A stretch of 63,974 nt of DNA, the filler included, from the NCBI GenBank assembly GCA_964501035.1. It is 7 parts of 7 records of this genome, joined end to end, with 100 filler letters (N's around TTAATTAATTAA, not from the genome) between each part and the next. Parts side by side here need not be neighbours in the genome. Positions count along the whole stretch, not along the records: positions 10,633 to 20,940 come from CAZCRK010000059.1; positions 21,041 to 31,244 come from CAZCRK010000060.1; 5 more parts are not named here. One strand, 5' to 3'. Positions 20,341 through 30,706 of this stretch are shown one piece after another. The notes under the pieces were generated by a model. The model was given only the letters and a program-made list of their open reading frames with translations, was not told the DNA's origin and ran no database searches. How positions within the stretch are numbered: position 1 is the stretch's first letter; each line of letters begins with the position of its first letter. Both the position numbers and the translations under genes were made by a program.

Positions 20341-20366
20341 ACGGTCTCTGCGGAGACCGTTTTTTT
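20341..20366 (+). terminator. Terminator-like hairpin between tRNA-Gly and tRNA-Cys
   Basis: ACGGTCTC-TGCG-GAGACCGT followed by T6. Confidence 0.65.
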
Positions 20367-20367
20367 A

Positions 20368-20439
20368 GGCGTCGTAGCCAAGTGGTAAGGCACCGGTTTG
20401 CAAAACCGCTATTCACCAGTTCGAATCTGGTCGACGCCT
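20368..20439 (+). tRNA. tRNA-Cys(GCA)
   Basis: GGCGTCG acceptor stem; anticodon loop TTGCAAA; one C.C mismatch at the top of the anticodon stem. Confidence 0.95.
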
Positions 20440-20477
20440 CTTAAAAGTGACAAGTAATCTATAGTCACTATTTTTTT

Positions 20478-20562
20478 GCCGAGGTGGCGAAATTGGTAGA
20501 CGCAAGAGACTTAAAATCTCTCGGTACTATGTACCGTGCCGGTTCGATTCCGGCCCTCGGTA
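20478..20562 (+). tRNA. tRNA-Leu(TAA)
   Basis: AGAGA-CTTAAAA-TCTCT anticodon arm, long variable arm; classic Gly-Cys-Leu cluster. Confidence 0.97.
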
Positions 20563-20565
20563 CAC

Positions 20566-20585
20566 AAACCCTCATTTGAGGGTTT
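20566..20585. terminator. Hairpin terminator after the tRNA cluster
   Basis: AAACCCTC-ATTT-GAGGGTTT between convergent units. Confidence 0.65.
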
Positions 20586-20586
20586 G

Positions 20587-20940
20587 TTATTTTATAGGTA
20601 TCATTATTTGAACTTCTAAGCCAGGGCGATGAGATTTGAACGTGATGTCTCCATTATGTTTATTTACGATCCAATTACAAATTGATAAACCTAAACCAGA
20701 CCCAGATGTAGAGTTTTCTATATTATGAGATCTAAAAAATCTACTAGTTAACAATTCAAGTTCATTATCTGAAACTCCGGTTCCGTAATCACGAATAGAA
20801 ACCAAAGCCATTTCATTATGAATAGTAACTACAATTTTTATAATGTTGTTTTCAAAGCTGAATTTGATAGCATTATCAATGATATTTCTAAACAATATGT
20901 TTAACCAATTTTTATCACCCATACATGAAATTGAATCTAT
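20587..20940 (-). CDS. Sensor histidine kinase, C-terminal HATPase_c fragment (5' part lost at contig end)
   Basis: N-box NIIDNAIKF, G1 DYGTG, F-box RFFR, G2 GSGLGLSIC. Confidence 0.88.
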   Translation of the reverse strand: MDSISCMGDKNWLNILFRNIIDNAIKFSFENNIIKIVVTIHNEMALVSIRDYGTGVSDNELELLTSRFFRSHNIENSTSGSGLGLSICNWIVNKHNGDITFKSHRPGLEVQIMIPIK

Positions 20941-21040
20941 NNNNNNNNNNNNNNNNNNNNNNNNNNNNNNNNNNNNNNNNNNNNTTAATTAATTAANNNN
21001 NNNNNNNNNNNNNNNNNNNNNNNNNNNNNNNNNNNNNNNN
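20941..21040. other. Artificial contig spacer
   Basis: N44-TTAATTAATTAA-N44. Confidence 0.99.
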
Positions 21041-21375
21041 TTATTTATCTTCTTCGTTGCTTCTTTGTCGATTCCTTCTCGCAAAACAACTTTTTGCCTA
21101 ACGGACATTCCTGTTGCGTTTTCTTCTTTTTGATAATCAAATGTTTTGATGGATATTTTTCGAGCAATGGCGCGGTTTTCAAGCATATCTCGAATAGCAT
21201 TTAACTGCATATCATTACTGGCTGAAATTGTTATGGTTTTTTCTGATTTATTCAATGAAATTGCAGAATCACTCCCTCTAAAATCATATCTATTTGCAAT
21301 ATCTCGAGTTACCGTATTAACTGTATTATCTATTTCTTGGATATCTAATTTACTTACAATGTCAAAAGATGGCAT
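21041..21375 (-). CDS. yajQ: YajQ family nucleotide/c-di-GMP-binding protein, 3'-truncated
   Basis: MPSFDIVSK...RYDFRGS...GIDKE motifs. Confidence 0.93.
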
Positions 21376-21383
21376 TTTATCTC

Positions 21384-22862
21384 CTAATTTTTTATCGTTT
21401 TATCTATTGCGATTCTCCACCCTTTTAAAAGATGTTCTCGCTTATCTTTATCCATTTTGGGATTGAATATGGCATCTACTTGTCTAATTTCTATAAGTTC
21501 CTCTGGTGAAGTCCAAAACCCGCTTCCAATTCCAGCCAACATACCTGCACCCAGAGCAGTTGTTTCAATATTTTGGGGTCTGTTGATAGCTGAATTTAAT
21601 ATGTCTGACTGATATTGCATGAGGAAATTATTTGCAGCTGCTCCCCCATCTACAAGTAGTTCGGAAATTGGAATTTTTGTATCCTTTTGGATTGCTTTAA
21701 CTAAATCATGAACTTGATATGCAATGCTTTCAAGTGCAGATCGAACAATATGTGATTTGCCGGTTCCTCTTGTGAGTCCAGTAATTGTACCTCTTGCTTC
21801 TTGTTTCCAATATGGAGCACCCAATCCAACAAATGCAGGCACCACATATACACCATCATTGTCAGAAATTGAGGTAGCAATAGTTTCACTTTCACTAGCA
21901 GAAGTAATTAATTGCAGTTCATCGCGTATCCATTGGATGACTGCACCACCAATAAAAACGGCTCCTTCAATTGCATACACAGGTTTTCCAAACGCATCAC
22001 AGGCAATTGTAGTTAACAATCCATGTTCTGATTTTTTGATTGTATCACCAATATTGGATAATAAAAAACATCCCGTTCCATACGTGCATTTTGTGTCTCC
22101 AATTGAAAATCCACCCTGTCCATAGAGCGCTGATTGTTGGTCTCCCGCAACCCCATTAATGGGAATTTCAGCATTTAACACATCAATTGATGTTACTCCA
22201 AAATCAGACGCAGAATTTTGTATCTGTGGTAGGAGTGCTTTGGGAACAGATAAAATTTCACATAATTCATCATCCCATGATTTGGTTTTAATATTATAAA
22301 GCAAAGTCCGAGATGCATTTGTGTGATCTGTTACATGTTCACTTCCATTGGTTAACTTCCAAATTAACCATGTATCAATAGTCCCAAAAAGTATATCTCC
22401 ATTTTCTGCCTTCTTTCTAACATTTGGTAGATTTTCTAACATCCATTTTATTTTTGTACCAGAAAAATAGCTATCAACAACCAAACCAGTTTTGGATACA
22501 ATGGTTTGTTCAAAACCACTATCTTTCAAATTATCACAAATATCTGACGAACGTCTGCATTGCCATACAATTGCATTATGGATTGGCTTATTGTTTGCTT
22601 TATTCCATAACACAGTTGTTTCACGCTGATTCGTAATTCCGATTGAATGAATATCATTTGGAGAATATCGAGAAAATATGGTTTGTATTAGCGAAAGAGT
22701 TGTGTCCCAAATTTCTTCAGCATTATGTTCTACCCATCCTGGTTTTGGATAAAATTGTGTAAATTCTGAATACGATTTATCTATAATTTCTGCTTTATGA
22801 TTTAAAAGTAGTATGGTAACACCCGTTGTCCCAGCATCGATTGTTAAAATATATTTACTCAT
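21384..22862 (-). CDS. glpK: Glycerol kinase
   Basis: DAGTT, GITNQRETT, SYFSGTKIKW, GDQQSAL, KCTYGTGCF, ETTALGA motifs. Confidence 0.96.
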   Translation of the reverse strand: MSKYILTIDAGTTGVTILLLNHKAEIIDKSYSEFTQFYPKPGWVEHNAEEIWDTTLSLIQTIFSRYSPNDIHSIGITNQRETTVLWNKANNKPIHNAIVWQCRRSSDICDNLKDSGFEQTIVSKTGLVVDSYFSGTKIKWMLENLPNVRKKAENGDILFGTIDTWLIWKLTNGSEHVTDHTNASRTLLYNIKTKSWDDELCEILSVPKALLPQIQNSASDFGVTSIDVLNAEIPINGVAGDQQSALYGQGGFSIGDTKCTYGTGCFLLSNIGDTIKKSEHGLLTTIACDAFGKPVYAIEGAVFIGGAVIQWIRDELQLITSASESETIATSISDNDGVYVVPAFVGLGAPYWKQEARGTITGLTRGTGKSHIVRSALESIAYQVHDLVKAIQKDTKIPISELLVDGGAAANNFLMQYQSDILNSAINRPQNIETTALGAGMLAGIGSGFWTSPEELIEIRQVDAIFNPKMDKDKREHLLKGWRIAIDKTIKN

Positions 22863-22965
22863 GAATTTACTTTCGCATTAAATAAAAGAAATATTACTGA
22901 CTATTAAATTTACATTAACATAAAATCAAATTCGTATGTAAATTTTAACAGCATTTATTGGCTAT

Positions 22966-23700
22966 ATGATGATTAAAACATTATTAATATTAACAACTTC
23001 CGTTTTATTTGCGAACTCTCCAACTACTGCTCTTGCTATATTAGATTCAATGAATTCTATATTATCACCCACCAATTCACAAGGGATAATGCAACAAATA
23101 ATGCAGACTTCAACTGGGAAAGAACGCATTTTAGAATATGAATATTATTCAGGGAATAAAGGTGAAAATGTATTGATGCGATACACAAAACCTAAAAAAA
23201 TTAAAGGCAACGCATTTCTTTTGAAAAATTATTCTGATGATATATGGGTATATTTCCCCCGAACAAGACGGGTTCGAAAATTAGCATCTCATGCAAAAAA
23301 TCAAAAGGTTCAAGGTTCTGATTTTACGTATGAAGATTTTTCGGGTAGCGATGAGTGGGAAGATGATTATGATGTGCAATTAGAAGCTGAAAATAAAAAC
23401 AATTATACACTTCATTTTAAGCGTAAACCCAATTCTAACAAACAATATGCATCCATGAGAATTCTAATTCGAAAAACTAACTATTATCCTAAAAGTATTG
23501 AATATTTTAATGATGATGAAAACCATATTAAAACGCTTTTTTTTGAAGATATTCGTACTATAGATGGTTACCCTACGGCATTTACAATGCGAATGCAAAA
23601 TCATGTAGAATTTAGTCAAACCATTATGAAAGTTCTTGAAATATCATTCAATATTTCATTTGAAAAAGATTTTTTCTCTGATAAAAAATTAAAACAATGA
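22966..23700 (+). CDS. Outer-membrane lipoprotein-sorting (LolA-like) protein
   Basis: WVYFPRTRRVRKLAS, GSDFTYED, KTLFF...IDGYPT motifs. Confidence 0.85.
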   Translation: MMIKTLLILTTSVLFANSPTTALAILDSMNSILSPTNSQGIMQQIMQTSTGKERILEYEYYSGNKGENVLMRYTKPKKIKGNAFLLKNYSDDIWVYFPRTRRVRKLASHAKNQKVQGSDFTYEDFSGSDEWEDDYDVQLEAENKNNYTLHFKRKPNSNKQYASMRILIRKTNYYPKSIEYFNDDENHIKTLFFEDIRTIDGYPTAFTMRMQNHVEFSQTIMKVLEISFNISFEKDFFSDKKLKQ

Positions 23701-24773
23701 AATGGATTCTCATCATATTTGTTGGAGTAGGGATTTCTTTTTCTCAAGTTGATTTTAGTGGATATGTTGAGGGTGAATTTGACCTTTTATATTTACAAAA
23801 ATCTTCTTTTACGTATGGATATATAAAGTTAAAAGCTGAAACAGAATTCAATATACATGAAAATGGGAAATTCAAATCAGCTGTGTATTATAAAACGCTT
23901 TGGAGTAATACACAGATTTCAATCAATGAATTTATACCTATTAGTTTGGATGCAGATTACAATGAAAATTTTCTTCCTCCTGATAGTTTGCATATTGATG
24001 TTGCATTTTATCAATTTTCAAATAATGTTTTAAATTGTACTATTGGAAGACAGCCCATTACATTTGGTGGTGGATATGTTTGGAATCCAGTTAATCCTTT
24101 TATAGCAAAGGATATGACTGACCCAACTTATGAAATACCAGGAGTTGATGTATTGAGAATTGACTATTTCTTAAATGATCTTGAAATTGAAGGCATAATC
24201 TCCCTTGATTCCATTCATACTTACCAAAATTTTTTAGTTTCTACAAATTTCTCTTTATTAAATCATGATGTATCTTTCATATATTCTGATATGGATTCAC
24301 AAGAATCATTTAGTTTTTATTCTATTGGAGAAATTTCATCAATTGGTGTTTGGACAGAATTTTTAACACCAATTTACAATTCTAATCCTAGCTATGTTTT
24401 AGGGTGTGATTACACATTTAATAATGGTTTATACTGGATGAATGAATATTTCCACCATGATACTGGGTTAAACTTTTATGGTGAATATAACCAAGAGGAA
24501 TTTATTGGGTATGTTTTTAGCAATCCAATAGCATTGGCAAAAGACTACTTCTTTTCAATGATTCAATTCCCTATACTAGACTACACTTCGGTTTCTATTT
24601 CACAAATTTCAAATTTAACCGACCAAAGTGGAATGATAAATTTGCAGTTAGATTATTCTCCCATGGATGATGTTGACTTAACATTTGGAGCATTTGGTTT
24701 TTTAGGTGAATCCAATACTGAATTTGGAGTATTTAATTCCGGGCTTCGTTTTAGGATGAGGTATTATTATTAA
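23697..24773 (+). CDS. Putative outer-membrane beta-barrel associated with MMPL transporter
   Basis: Signal peptide, IGRQPITFG.G..WNP, PGVDVLR, C-terminal RFRMRYYY. Confidence 0.7.
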   Translation: MKWILIIFVGVGISFSQVDFSGYVEGEFDLLYLQKSSFTYGYIKLKAETEFNIHENGKFKSAVYYKTLWSNTQISINEFIPISLDADYNENFLPPDSLHIDVAFYQFSNNVLNCTIGRQPITFGGGYVWNPVNPFIAKDMTDPTYEIPGVDVLRIDYFLNDLEIEGIISLDSIHTYQNFLVSTNFSLLNHDVSFIYSDMDSQESFSFYSIGEISSIGVWTEFLTPIYNSNPSYVLGCDYTFNNGLYWMNEYFHHDTGLNFYGEYNQEEFIGYVFSNPIALAKDYFFSMIQFPILDYTSVSISQISNLTDQSGMINLQLDYSPMDDVDLTFGAFGFLGESNTEFGVFNSGLRFRMRYYY

Positions 24774-24775
24774 CA

Positions 24776-27451
24776 ATGCGTAAACAATTCCTTACATGGG
24801 TTGCCTATTACTCTGTGCATAAAACATGGTACATGGCTATTGTAATATCAATTGTTACTCTTATTGCAATCTTTTTAACATCAACACTCAAGCTACAAAC
24901 AGGATATGAAAATTTACTACCGAAGGATAATCCTCGTGTTAATGAATTTAACATTATTTTGGAAGAATTTGAGAATGAATCAAATATAATTTTACTTGCA
25001 AAAGGTGAAGAAAAGCAGCTTAAAAAATATGCTGATCAAGTTAAAGTTTATCTGGAGGAATACGACCAATACATCAAAAGTGTTCATGCACGAATTTCAG
25101 AAGATTTTTTTCATAACAACGCATTAAAACTTCTGAATGAATCCCAATTAGAAAATTTTCAAGATTTATACTCTAATCCAAATTTAATCCCATACTTAAC
25201 CCATTTAAATGATAGTTTTGAAAAAGAATATATTGGAGATGAAGGAATTGATGGAAATCAAAAAGAGATCGAAACAGTTCGTTTTCTCGATGGTATTCAA
25301 AGATTTGTTCAACTTCAACAGGAAGTTTTAAATGGACATAGACCTGATAATGTTGGCCAAGTTGCAGTTAATTTTATAACATTTGGCGAACCGTACTTTA
25401 TGTCTCCAGATAAAGATATGATTCTTATCATGATTGAACCCACATTCAACATGTTAACAGATATAAATTTTATTGCAGAAGCAGTAAATCAAATTGAAAA
25501 AGTAGCCAAAGATACAGCTAGTTCATTTAATGTTGAGGCTGGAGTAACGGGTTCAATAGTATTGGGTAGAGATGAATTGCATGCGATTGAATCAGATTCA
25601 ATGATAATTACTATTTTGGCACTTATAGGAATTTTCTTTTTATTTGTATTTGCGTTCCGAATGTGGATGAGTCCATTTCTTGCAATTATCACGGTTGTTT
25701 TGGGCGTGGTTTGGGCAATGGGGTTCTCTGCTTTACTCATTGATTACCTCAGTATAATGACTGCAATGATGGGAGTTATTCTTGTTGGACTAGGTATAGA
25801 TTTTAGTGTTCACATAATTTCAGGGTATTCTGAAAAAAGACATCAAGGGTTTGCTGTACATGAGAGCATGGTTGAAACCCTAACTCGTTTTGGTCCTGGC
25901 ATTATTACAGGAGGGTTTACTACAGGAATCGCGTTTTTAACCATGATGATAGGTGATAGTACAGGTATTCAGGAATTTGGATTAATTGCAGGACTTGGAA
26001 TAATAATCACGATGTTTGCCACGATAATAATTCTACCTACATTATTAGTAATTCATGAACGATTGTTAAAAACATATGAAAAACAATTACAAATTCAAGA
26101 TGTGTCATATCCATTTTTAGGAAACACTGCCGTACGCGTCTTTAAACACTGGAAAAAGATTGGAATTAGTATTGGAATAATTTCACTTATTCTGATGTAC
26201 AAATCGTTTAAGCTTGAAACGGATTACAACTATTTAAACATGGAACCAGAAGGACTTGAGTCTATCAAATTACAAGAGGAAATGATTGATGCTTTTGATA
26301 TTTCATCAGATTTTATCATGTTTACTGCACACACAATTGAAGAAGTGAATAATTTAACTAAAAAGGCAAGAGATATGGCAACTTCTGGGTGGGTTGAGAG
26401 TATTTCTGACTATTTGCCAGCTGATTCTATAGGTCCAAAGCAGTTTCACTTCATTCGAAATTTAAGAAGGGATATAAAAAGTTCAAAAGTTGATAAGAAT
26501 GTTTCACTACGTGATTTTGAAGTATTCAGAGAACAACTTGAACGACTTGAGTTTAATATTATTGAACTTCAAGATCTTGCATTTTTAAGTGGCCAAGATA
26601 AAATTTATAAAAAAACAAAGTCTATCATTGGTGAAGTAGGTGATTCTGTAAACATTGGTTCATTAACTCAATTTATAAACAATGTTAATCCAGACAAACA
26701 TAAATTACCTCTCACTTATTTTCAACAAAGATTTGCTTCTGCATTTCAGAAAACCATTTTAAACATGGCTAATAATGAACCCCTTACTATCGATAATTTA
26801 CCGCTTGAAATCAAAGATAGGTTTACTGGGAAAAATAAGAATTTGTTTCTAATCACAGTATATCCAAAGAAAAATATTTGGGAGGATATTCAATTTTTAA
26901 ATCGATTTTCTGAAGAAGCAACATCTATTCATTCCAGTGCCACAGGTTTACCACCCATTTTTGTTGAGTTAATGGATATCATGTCACAAGATGGGAAACG
27001 TGCCACTTACTTGGCCATTTTTGCTGTATTCATTCTACTAATGCTTGATTTTAAGTCTTATAAGTATGCCCTACTAGGAATGACACCCCTTGTTTTTGGT
27101 GTTATATGGTTAACTGGATTTATGGAGCTTGTTGGATTGAAATTTACTATGATGAATATTATGGCAATTCCCCTAATAATTGGAATTGGTATTGATGATG
27201 GGATACATATTCTCCATCGATACAAAATCGAAAAAAATCTAAACATTGTTTTCAGATCAACGGGAAAAGCAATTCTGCTTACATCTCTTACAACTATGAT
27301 TGGATTTGGTTCATTGTGGTTTGCTACATACAGGGGATTGGGAAGTCTAGGCATTGCACTTTTTATTGGAGTTTGTGCATGTTTTCTTGCAACATTGTTC
27401 GTCATTCCTTCTATTTTAGGATTTTACCAAACCAGAAAATTGAAGTACTAA
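24776..27451 (+). CDS. MMPL/RND-family transporter
   Basis: Two repeats with GLGIDFSVH and GIGIDDGIH, TSLTTMIGFGSL. Confidence 0.92.
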   Translation: MRKQFLTWVAYYSVHKTWYMAIVISIVTLIAIFLTSTLKLQTGYENLLPKDNPRVNEFNIILEEFENESNIILLAKGEEKQLKKYADQVKVYLEEYDQYIKSVHARISEDFFHNNALKLLNESQLENFQDLYSNPNLIPYLTHLNDSFEKEYIGDEGIDGNQKEIETVRFLDGIQRFVQLQQEVLNGHRPDNVGQVAVNFITFGEPYFMSPDKDMILIMIEPTFNMLTDINFIAEAVNQIEKVAKDTASSFNVEAGVTGSIVLGRDELHAIESDSMIITILALIGIFFLFVFAFRMWMSPFLAIITVVLGVVWAMGFSALLIDYLSIMTAMMGVILVGLGIDFSVHIISGYSEKRHQGFAVHESMVETLTRFGPGIITGGFTTGIAFLTMMIGDSTGIQEFGLIAGLGIIITMFATIIILPTLLVIHERLLKTYEKQLQIQDVSYPFLGNTAVRVFKHWKKIGISIGIISLILMYKSFKLETDYNYLNMEPEGLESIKLQEEMIDAFDISSDFIMFTAHTIEEVNNLTKKARDMATSGWVESISDYLPADSIGPKQFHFIRNLRRDIKSSKVDKNVSLRDFEVFREQLERLEFNIIELQDLAFLSGQDKIYKKTKSIIGEVGDSVNIGSLTQFINNVNPDKHKLPLTYFQQRFASAFQKTILNMANNEPLTIDNLPLEIKDRFTGKNKNLFLITVYPKKNIWEDIQFLNRFSEEATSIHSSATGLPPIFVELMDIMSQDGKRATYLAIFAVFILLMLDFKSYKYALLGMTPLVFGVIWLTGFMELVGLKFTMMNIMAIPLIIGIGIDDGIHILHRYKIEKNLNIVFRSTGKAILLTSLTTMIGFGSLWFATYRGLGSLGIALFIGVCACFLATLFVIPSILGFYQTRKLKY

Positions 27452-28168
27452 ATGAAGCATGAACGGGTAGATCATTTGTTATCGCGTCTTGGATATGGTT
27501 CTAGAAAAGAAATCAAACATTTTATTCGTCAAGGTAGAATTACCAATAATGGTGAAAATGTAAATAAATCATCTGATAAGGTTAATCCAGAATTAGTTTT
27601 GTTCGATAACACCCATTTAGAATTTCCTGATGGGTTAACAATAATGTTAAACAAACCCTTAGGGTATGTTTGCTCTCATTCTGTGGTTGATTCTATATTT
27701 GAATTACTTCCATCTCAGTGGGAGAAAAGAAGACCTCACCTTAATACAGTCGGCAGATTAGATAAAGAAACAAGTGGTCTATTAATTATTACTGATGATG
27801 GACTGTTAATACACAATATAATTTCACCCAAAAAACACATCGGTAAAGTATATCAAGTTGAATTGGAAAAACCACTTCATGGTGAAGAAGCTGATTTGTT
27901 TGCTTCAGGATCTTTGCAATTAAAAGGAGAAGATAGTCCATGCCTTCCAGCTGAATTGAAAATAATTGATAAAACGCACTGTGAAATTACACTGTATGAA
28001 GGAAAATACCATCAAGTTCGGCGAATGTTTGCAACTACTGGGAATCATGTAGTTTCTCTACATAGAAGTCAAATTGGTGGACTTTCAATACTTAATTTAA
28101 AATTAGGTGAATACAAAATATTAGATAAAATGGAATTAGAAGTTCTTTTCCAGCATGTATCGGATTAA
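27452..28168 (+). CDS. rsuA: RsuA-family pseudouridine synthase
   Basis: S4 domain, LNKPLGYVCS, GRLDKETSGLL, EGKYHQVRRMF. Confidence 0.88.
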   Translation: MKHERVDHLLSRLGYGSRKEIKHFIRQGRITNNGENVNKSSDKVNPELVLFDNTHLEFPDGLTIMLNKPLGYVCSHSVVDSIFELLPSQWEKRRPHLNTVGRLDKETSGLLIITDDGLLIHNIISPKKHIGKVYQVELEKPLHGEEADLFASGSLQLKGEDSPCLPAELKIIDKTHCEITLYEGKYHQVRRMFATTGNHVVSLHRSQIGGLSILNLKLGEYKILDKMELEVLFQHVSD

Positions 28169-28261
28169 AGAAACTTTAGAAATTTACTAAAATTCTTTTT
28201 AAATATATATTTCTTGGGTTAAATTTCGGGTCTGAATATTTATTAGATTAAGGGTATAAAA

Positions 28262-28453
28262 ATGGCAAAAGTATGTGATGTATGTGGAAAAGGACCAATT
28301 ACGGGTAACAATGTGAGTCACGCTCACAATAAAACTCGAAGACGATGGTTGCCAAACTTGCAAAAAGTTCGTGCAGTATTTAACGGTAGTGTAAAGCGAA
28401 TTAAAGCATGCACAAATTGTATTAAATCAGGTAAAGTACAAAAAGCAATTTAA
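28262..28453 (+). CDS. rpmB: 50S ribosomal protein L28 (zinc-ribbon form)
   Basis: CDVCGK...[20 protein letters not shown]...CTNC. Confidence 0.98.
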   Translation: MAKVCDVCGKGPITGNNVSHAHNKTRRRWLPNLQKVRAVFNGSVKRIKACTNCIKSGKVQKAI

Positions 28454-28477
28454 GGTGTTGTTTAAATATTTTTATCT

Positions 28478-28505
28478 AAAACCCTTTCAGTTGAAAGGGT
28501 TTTTT
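28478..28505 (+). terminator. Intrinsic terminator after rpmB
   Basis: ACCCTTTC/GAAAGGGT stem plus T-run. Confidence 0.85.
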
Positions 28506-28600
28506 ATTTTTAAGTAAATTGCATTATATGTTCAAACTGAACATGCTAGCCCTTACTAAATAGCTACCAAAGTATTGACTTACCAAATTAAATTTTATCC

Positions 28601-30706
28601 ATGTATATGTTTCAAAATATAAAACTTCATATCATGACTATTCTGTTGTTTTCAACTATGTTTAGTCAATCTCAATATTTAATCATTTGTCCTGAAGATT
28701 TTAACGAACCGGCACAAGAATTAAAGAATTTACACGAGTCACTTGTTGAACCTGAGTTTCGTTTAAATGTTGAAATACTTAATACAGAAAATATTTGCAG
28801 TAATTGTGATAACTTAGAAGATGTAATTGAAGATACGCTCATTGCACGATTAAATGATAATCTCAAATATGTCTTATTTATGGGAGATGAAAATACAATC
28901 CCACCTCAGTATTATGATGATAAAGCTTCAGATGATTTTTACTCAGTTGAAACAAATAATTCATTAGTTCGACCTGCAATTTCAATGGGACGCATACCTG
29001 TTGCATCGGAAGATGAAGCAAATCAGGTGGTTGAAAAAATAATATCCTACACATTAGAGCCTGATATGGGAGCCTGGCGTAGTAAAGTATTACTTTTTGC
29101 TGATGATGAAAACAAATCGGGTTCATCAGTTGCAACAGAAATTAAACATACGAGCAATTCAAATAAATTGTATGATATTTTATCCCCTACTCTACCAATA
29201 ATTCCATTATATGGGACAGATTATATTCCAGAAGCTGGTCCAAATGGATTAACACATCCTGAATTAACCCAGGATATTATCCAAACTATAAACTCTGGGG
29301 TTTCCATTCTCAATTATATTGGACATGGTGACCCTCAAAAATTAGCAGGTGAAGCTATTCTGGATATGAATAGAGATATCAATTTGATAAGTCCTGTTGG
29401 AAATCAATTACCTATTTGGGTGGTGGGAACATGTTCCTTTGGACATTATGATAATGAAGATTCATTTACTGAAGCATTATTAACAAAACCCGATGGTGCA
29501 ATTGCAGTTATTGCAACCACACGTGGAATTGGTGCTACTCAAAATTTTAACTATTTAGAAGAATTATTTACTCTAATTAAAGAGTATTCGCAAGATTCGA
29601 ACAATTCAAGATTAGGTGATATTTTTTATAATGCCAAATTAAATAGTGAATCTGCATCTTCCCTGTACCTCTTTCAGCTATTTGGAGACCCAGCTCTGCG
29701 GTTACCTTTCCCAAAACAAAATACAAATTTAATCACATCTTCACCGGACACATTAGTTGTTTTATCTGAATCAAATGTAGAAGTTGTTGAAGCTGATTCT
29801 TCATTTATTCTAGTGAAAGGAAATGACATTGAGATAATAAGAGAATATGAAGATGATGTAGTTTTAGAATATTCATTACCAGGTGAAATAATATATCAAG
29901 GTGTATTTAATAGCTCGATTGATTTTTTCACTCCATTAGATGCGCAAGTTTGCGAAGATTGTACTGCAAATATTACCGTTTACTCTTCTACTGACAAGAC
30001 AAATCATATTGATAATGTAAGCTCTATTCCATTTTTTATTCCTACAAATTTTACAATTGAGGATAATGTTGGACCTATTATTTCTTTGTATCATAATGGT
30101 AACCAGATAGGTGATAATGCTACATTGTTTTCACCTTTTGATGTTAGCATCCTTATTGAAGATGAGTCTGGAATTAATCTTATGGGTATTCCAGGGCATC
30201 AATTGATGTATTCAATAGATGAAAACAACCCAATAATATTTGATCAATTTTTCAATTACTCAAACCCTACTTCTGGGTTTGCACATATAAATTTATCTGG
30301 TATGAGTGAAGAATACCATGTGCTATCCATTGAAGCTTGGGATAATGTGAATAATCGAACAGAAGCCATATACAATTTATATTTTGTTAGCAATGATAAT
30401 ATTGGTGGTGAAAATTCAAGTCAATTTACGGTAAACAATATTTATAACATTCCAAATCCATTCCAAGAATATACGTATTTTACATTTGAATTATCAGCTT
30501 CAGCAGATGTAGAAATTGAAGTGTTTACAATTAGTGGAGTCAAAGTAAAATCATTTTCTGATAAAAATTTACCAGCTGGATTCAATTCTATAAAATGGGA
30601 AAGCGGACTTAGTAAAATTGCAAATGGTACATACATGTATGCTTTTAAAGCAATTTCTGATATAGGATCTGTTGAAAGTTTAAATACATTATCAAAAGTA
30701 AAATGA
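28601..30706 (+). CDS. Peptidase C25 (gingipain) family, PorU-like, with T9SS-type CTD
   Basis: SDDFY, MGRIP, NYIGHG (His), GTCSFG (Cys), LFGDPAL, DESGINLMG..GH, EAWDNVNN, YNIPNPF...IANGTYMY. Confidence 0.85.
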   Translation: MYMFQNIKLHIMTILLFSTMFSQSQYLIICPEDFNEPAQELKNLHESLVEPEFRLNVEILNTENICSNCDNLEDVIEDTLIARLNDNLKYVLFMGDENTIPPQYYDDKASDDFYSVETNNSLVRPAISMGRIPVASEDEANQVVEKIISYTLEPDMGAWRSKVLLFADDENKSGSSVATEIKHTSNSNKLYDILSPTLPIIPLYGTDYIPEAGPNGLTHPELTQDIIQTINSGVSILNYIGHGDPQKLAGEAILDMNRDINLISPVGNQLPIWVVGTCSFGHYDNEDSFTEALLTKPDGAIAVIATTRGIGATQNFNYLEELFTLIKEYSQDSNNSRLGDIFYNAKLNSESASSLYLFQLFGDPALRLPFPKQNTNLITSSPDTLVVLSESNVEVVEADSSFILVKGNDIEIIREYEDDVVLEYSLPGEIIYQGVFNSSIDFFTPLDAQVCEDCTANITVYSSTDKTNHIDNVSSIPFFIPTNFTIEDNVGPIISLYHNGNQIGDNATLFSPFDVSILIEDESGINLMGIPGHQLMYSIDENNPIIFDQFFNYSNPTSGFAHINLSGMSEEYHVLSIEAWDNVNNRTEAIYNLYFVSNDNIGGENSSQFTVNNIYNIPNPFQEYTYFTFELSASADVEIEVFTISGVKVKSFSDKNLPAGFNSIKWESGLSKIANGTYMYAFKAISDIGSVESLNTLSKVK

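Noticed and set aside
28528..28544. ATGTTCA-AAC-TGAACAT palindrome upstream of the C25 gene
   Set aside because: Single occurrence with no matching regulator; could be chance.
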